Source: Vicugna vicugna (taxonomy: Eukaryota). Taken from it: a stretch of DNA of 64,000 nt. The notes under the pieces were generated by a model that was given only the letters and a program-made list of their open reading frames with translations, had not been told where the DNA came from and did no database searches. A program made the translations under genes and the position numbers. How positions within the stretch are numbered: position 1 is the stretch's first letter; every line of letters starts with the position of its first letter. Shown here in pieces: positions 61,373 through 64,000 of this stretch. The stretch spans positions 7,884,375 through 7,948,374 of the forward strand of contig MU059052.1 in NCBI GenBank assembly GCA_013265495.1, read 5' to 3'.

Positions 61373-62353
61373 GTTACCCAAATAAAGTTAGCAAGAGGCA
61401 AAAACAAACAAAATGTTAATTGATAAGTGAGTGGATGAAGAAAATGTGGTTTATACATATATTTTCAATGAAAAATAAAAACTATTGATACATGAGGAAT
61501 ATTAAGGATATTCTAAACTTTTTTTGCTATTCATCAGTATGTCAGAATTAATATATTATAGTTTTGCTCAAGATAGATTAAATCACTACTTTGATATCAG
61601 CTCACCAACACTTCATGCATTCTTGTTAAGATACTGCTGCCTGAGGCACTTAGGAAAAGTAAGGCTTGCTAAATTATGTGACATAATTCTTTTTCTCTAT
61701 TGTATATAACCTCTGGTTTCCTAATTACCTATTTTGAAATATGTTCTTCTCACACTTTGCCTTGTCAGCTGATTTTAGATAAAATCTTATAAGATTCATT
61801 TACATTAAAAAAAAAGAGTAGGTAACCCAGTTTGGTTAAAATTTTGAGATTTATATTCCCTGACTCCTTCAAATTCTGCAGGCATATGATAAAAAATTCA
61901 CTAGATGAGGAAAACCAATCTTGTTGCCAATAAATACAATAAATGAAAGTCTACACTAAATAAAATCAACAAATAAGGCCTATAATAAAACTAATACATA
62001 AATTTACTTAATAAATTATTTTTTATCCTGATGGGGTTTCGATGGGAAATTTAATCCACTTGGATCATCTAAAATGGTTCTTTTCATGGCCTTAAACCAA
62101 TCATTGGGCTGATGAGGTAACAGGAAGAGAGGCAGGAATTTCACCAGCTCTATATAAATAGAGATATTTCAGCTTAAGGCACAGTTTGAGATCCAGTACC
62201 AGACTTGAGGAGGCTGAAGGCAAGCGGACTCAAAGGAGAATTCTGAATAAACAGTGAATCTACTACTAATGAAAGCCAGAGTGAATTCCTTTCTACAGTC
62301 ACCAGTTCTAGAAGATTTTGCTCAGAATCACATTCAAAAATTCTCCAGTAAAT

Positions 62354-63682
62354 ATGGCCACAGGCTAGATATTTTCATGGGGTCATGGAAAATCCCAAGA
62401 CAGCCCTGGATCAGAGCCACCACAGTGTCTGTACCATCCCAAGGAACACTTACTGAAAAGTAAGACTATAACTCAGATTTGGTGTATTAGCTTCAAAGCT
62501 GTTACTAGCTTGAAAGAATCCAACCCTATCAAGGAGTCTGAGGACACTCTAAACTCTGCCTTCTGTGGCTGAGGCCAGATCTTCACAGATCAGATTGTAG
62601 ATAAGCTGGTGAATGGAGCAGTTTATGATCTCCATGCAGCAAGAGTTCCAGGTCTTAGTTAAGGAAAGTGGTGTGGAGAGTTGCAAAGACCTTGAGGGCA
62701 TGCTAAGAAATAATAAGAAACCCAAGAAATAGACCATAGTCAGCTTACAAGGAGATAATTTTCTTCTATGAAATTTGAATATTTACATGGTAGACAGAGG
62801 TTAGTGATGAAGGTGATGGAAGAGACTTATTCAGGAAGCCCAAATCCTCCATAAGATACATCCAGAGAACAGCCAGAAGGTACAGAATATTCTCCTGCCA
62901 GAGACCATTCCTGAAAAATATGAACTGGAGGGTCTGAGGCTTAAGTAGAAATTGGAGAAGAGCCTGATGGAAGTCAGGGAAGAGGCAAAGATACTTATAT
63001 GTCAAGAGCCTCACCTTCCCAAGGGTCCTGAGAGAGAAGACTAGACTCAGAGTGAACACAGAAGAGATTCTCAGAAAAGTCTAAGAATTTCCAAAAGAAA
63101 ACAGGACAACAGTTCCATTTCCCAAGAAGTGCCTCAAGAAAGAGCTACATATTTGGACAAAGGAGAATTCTCAGGATAACTTGAGTCAAATTTATTTCCT
63201 TCACAGAGTACAGTGGGACCAACTGGTCATCCTATTGGGAAAAAAAGCTAAGGGACATACACTGTATGAATGTATGTTATGTTAAAAAAACAAACAAACA
63301 AAAAAGATTTCATTAGAAATCTCAGTTTGACATTCACCAGAGAGCACATACCAGGAGAGAGACCCTTTAAATGCAGTATCTGCCCCAAAGATTTCATGAA
63401 GCCTCCAGATCTCCCAGTTCACTAGCGAATCCACACAAGCAGAAAGTGAACTCTGCACCAAGGAGTTCATTCACGACTCCACAAGAGGATCCACACAAAG
63501 GAGAAGGCTTACCAAAGTGAAGACTACAAGAAAGCTTTCAGCCACAAAGGGAACCTCAAAATTCAAATGAACCCACTCTGGACTAAAACCTTATGTGTAT
63601 CCTCAAGGTAACAGCACCTTCTATTGGCTGGGAACTTTCAAACACCATGAAAAAAACACAATTAAAAATGACTTCCCAGTGA
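62354..63682 (+). pseudogene. Decayed processed pseudogene of a ZSCAN5-family SCAN + C2H2 zinc-finger gene (mRNA-derived extent ~62180-64000)
   Basis: ATG 62354 MATG*IFSWGHGKSQDSPGSEPPQ; SCAN motif LCLLWLRPDLH-/-DQIVDKLV-/[39 protein letters not shown] (62554-62732); linker ...EPHLPKGP...PKRKQDNSSISQEVPQ; fingers [85 protein letters not shown]; ends MTSQ* (TGA 63680-63682). Many stops and frameshifts, no introns, ATTAAA 63956-63961 then an A-rich tail from 63974. Confidence 0.9.
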
Positions 63683-64000
63683 TTCCACTATCAGGTCCAA
63701 GTCCCTTTTGCTCCAAGTTGGAAATTAAGCTAAGTTATAAAAATGATATATGACATGTTGAGTGCTTAATGAGGTGTCTGGAACATAATGTGGGTTCCAC
63801 AAATATTAAGTATGAGGATCTTAGAATAATTACTTATCTTCTCTATTTTTGTTTTCTGCTTCATTATATCCTGTTGTTCTCTCGTAAGTTTTTTGGTTTA
63901 TGCTGCTATTGTTCTTCCAGTGAGTGCAAGGCTCATGAGTTTTCAATATTTCATAATTAAACTGAGGCTGCTGAAAATAAATAAAATAAAATAAAATAAA

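Noticed and set aside
1-64000. CRISPR arrays, operons, rRNA genes, CpG island
   Set aside because: None seen; the window is intron-containing mammalian DNA with CpG depletion throughout.

Overview
AT-rich, repeat-rich mammalian genomic DNA. The tRNA-derived SINE and young L1 3' ends look camelid (alpaca/camel-like); this is inferred from repeat style only. The main gene is TES (testin; PET domain + 3 LIM domains) on the + strand. Coding exons 2-7 are at 14178-14263, ~25089-25341, 26213-26548, 27483-27698, 28101-28259 and 33415-33603 (1239 nt = 412 aa + stop). Exon 1 and its CpG island are not in the window. Two of six N-runs fall inside TES coding exons and preserve the expected exon lengths exactly. 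About 30 kb of intergenic DNA follows TES. It holds (i) an inverted repeat with ~325-bp arms and a 217-bp perfectly identical core between clearly diverged flanks (49724-50048 / 51169-51497), the most unusual structure seen; (ii) a cluster of four perfect AP-1 sites; and (iii) a decayed, intronless ZSCAN5-like SCAN/C2H2 retrocopy (CDS-homologous 62354-63682, A-rich tail at the window end) that the ORF track misses. Repeat family names are from recalled consensus sequences, not a RepeatMasker run, and repeat boundaries are approximate unless TSDs are given. Comparisons to human proteins are from memory.
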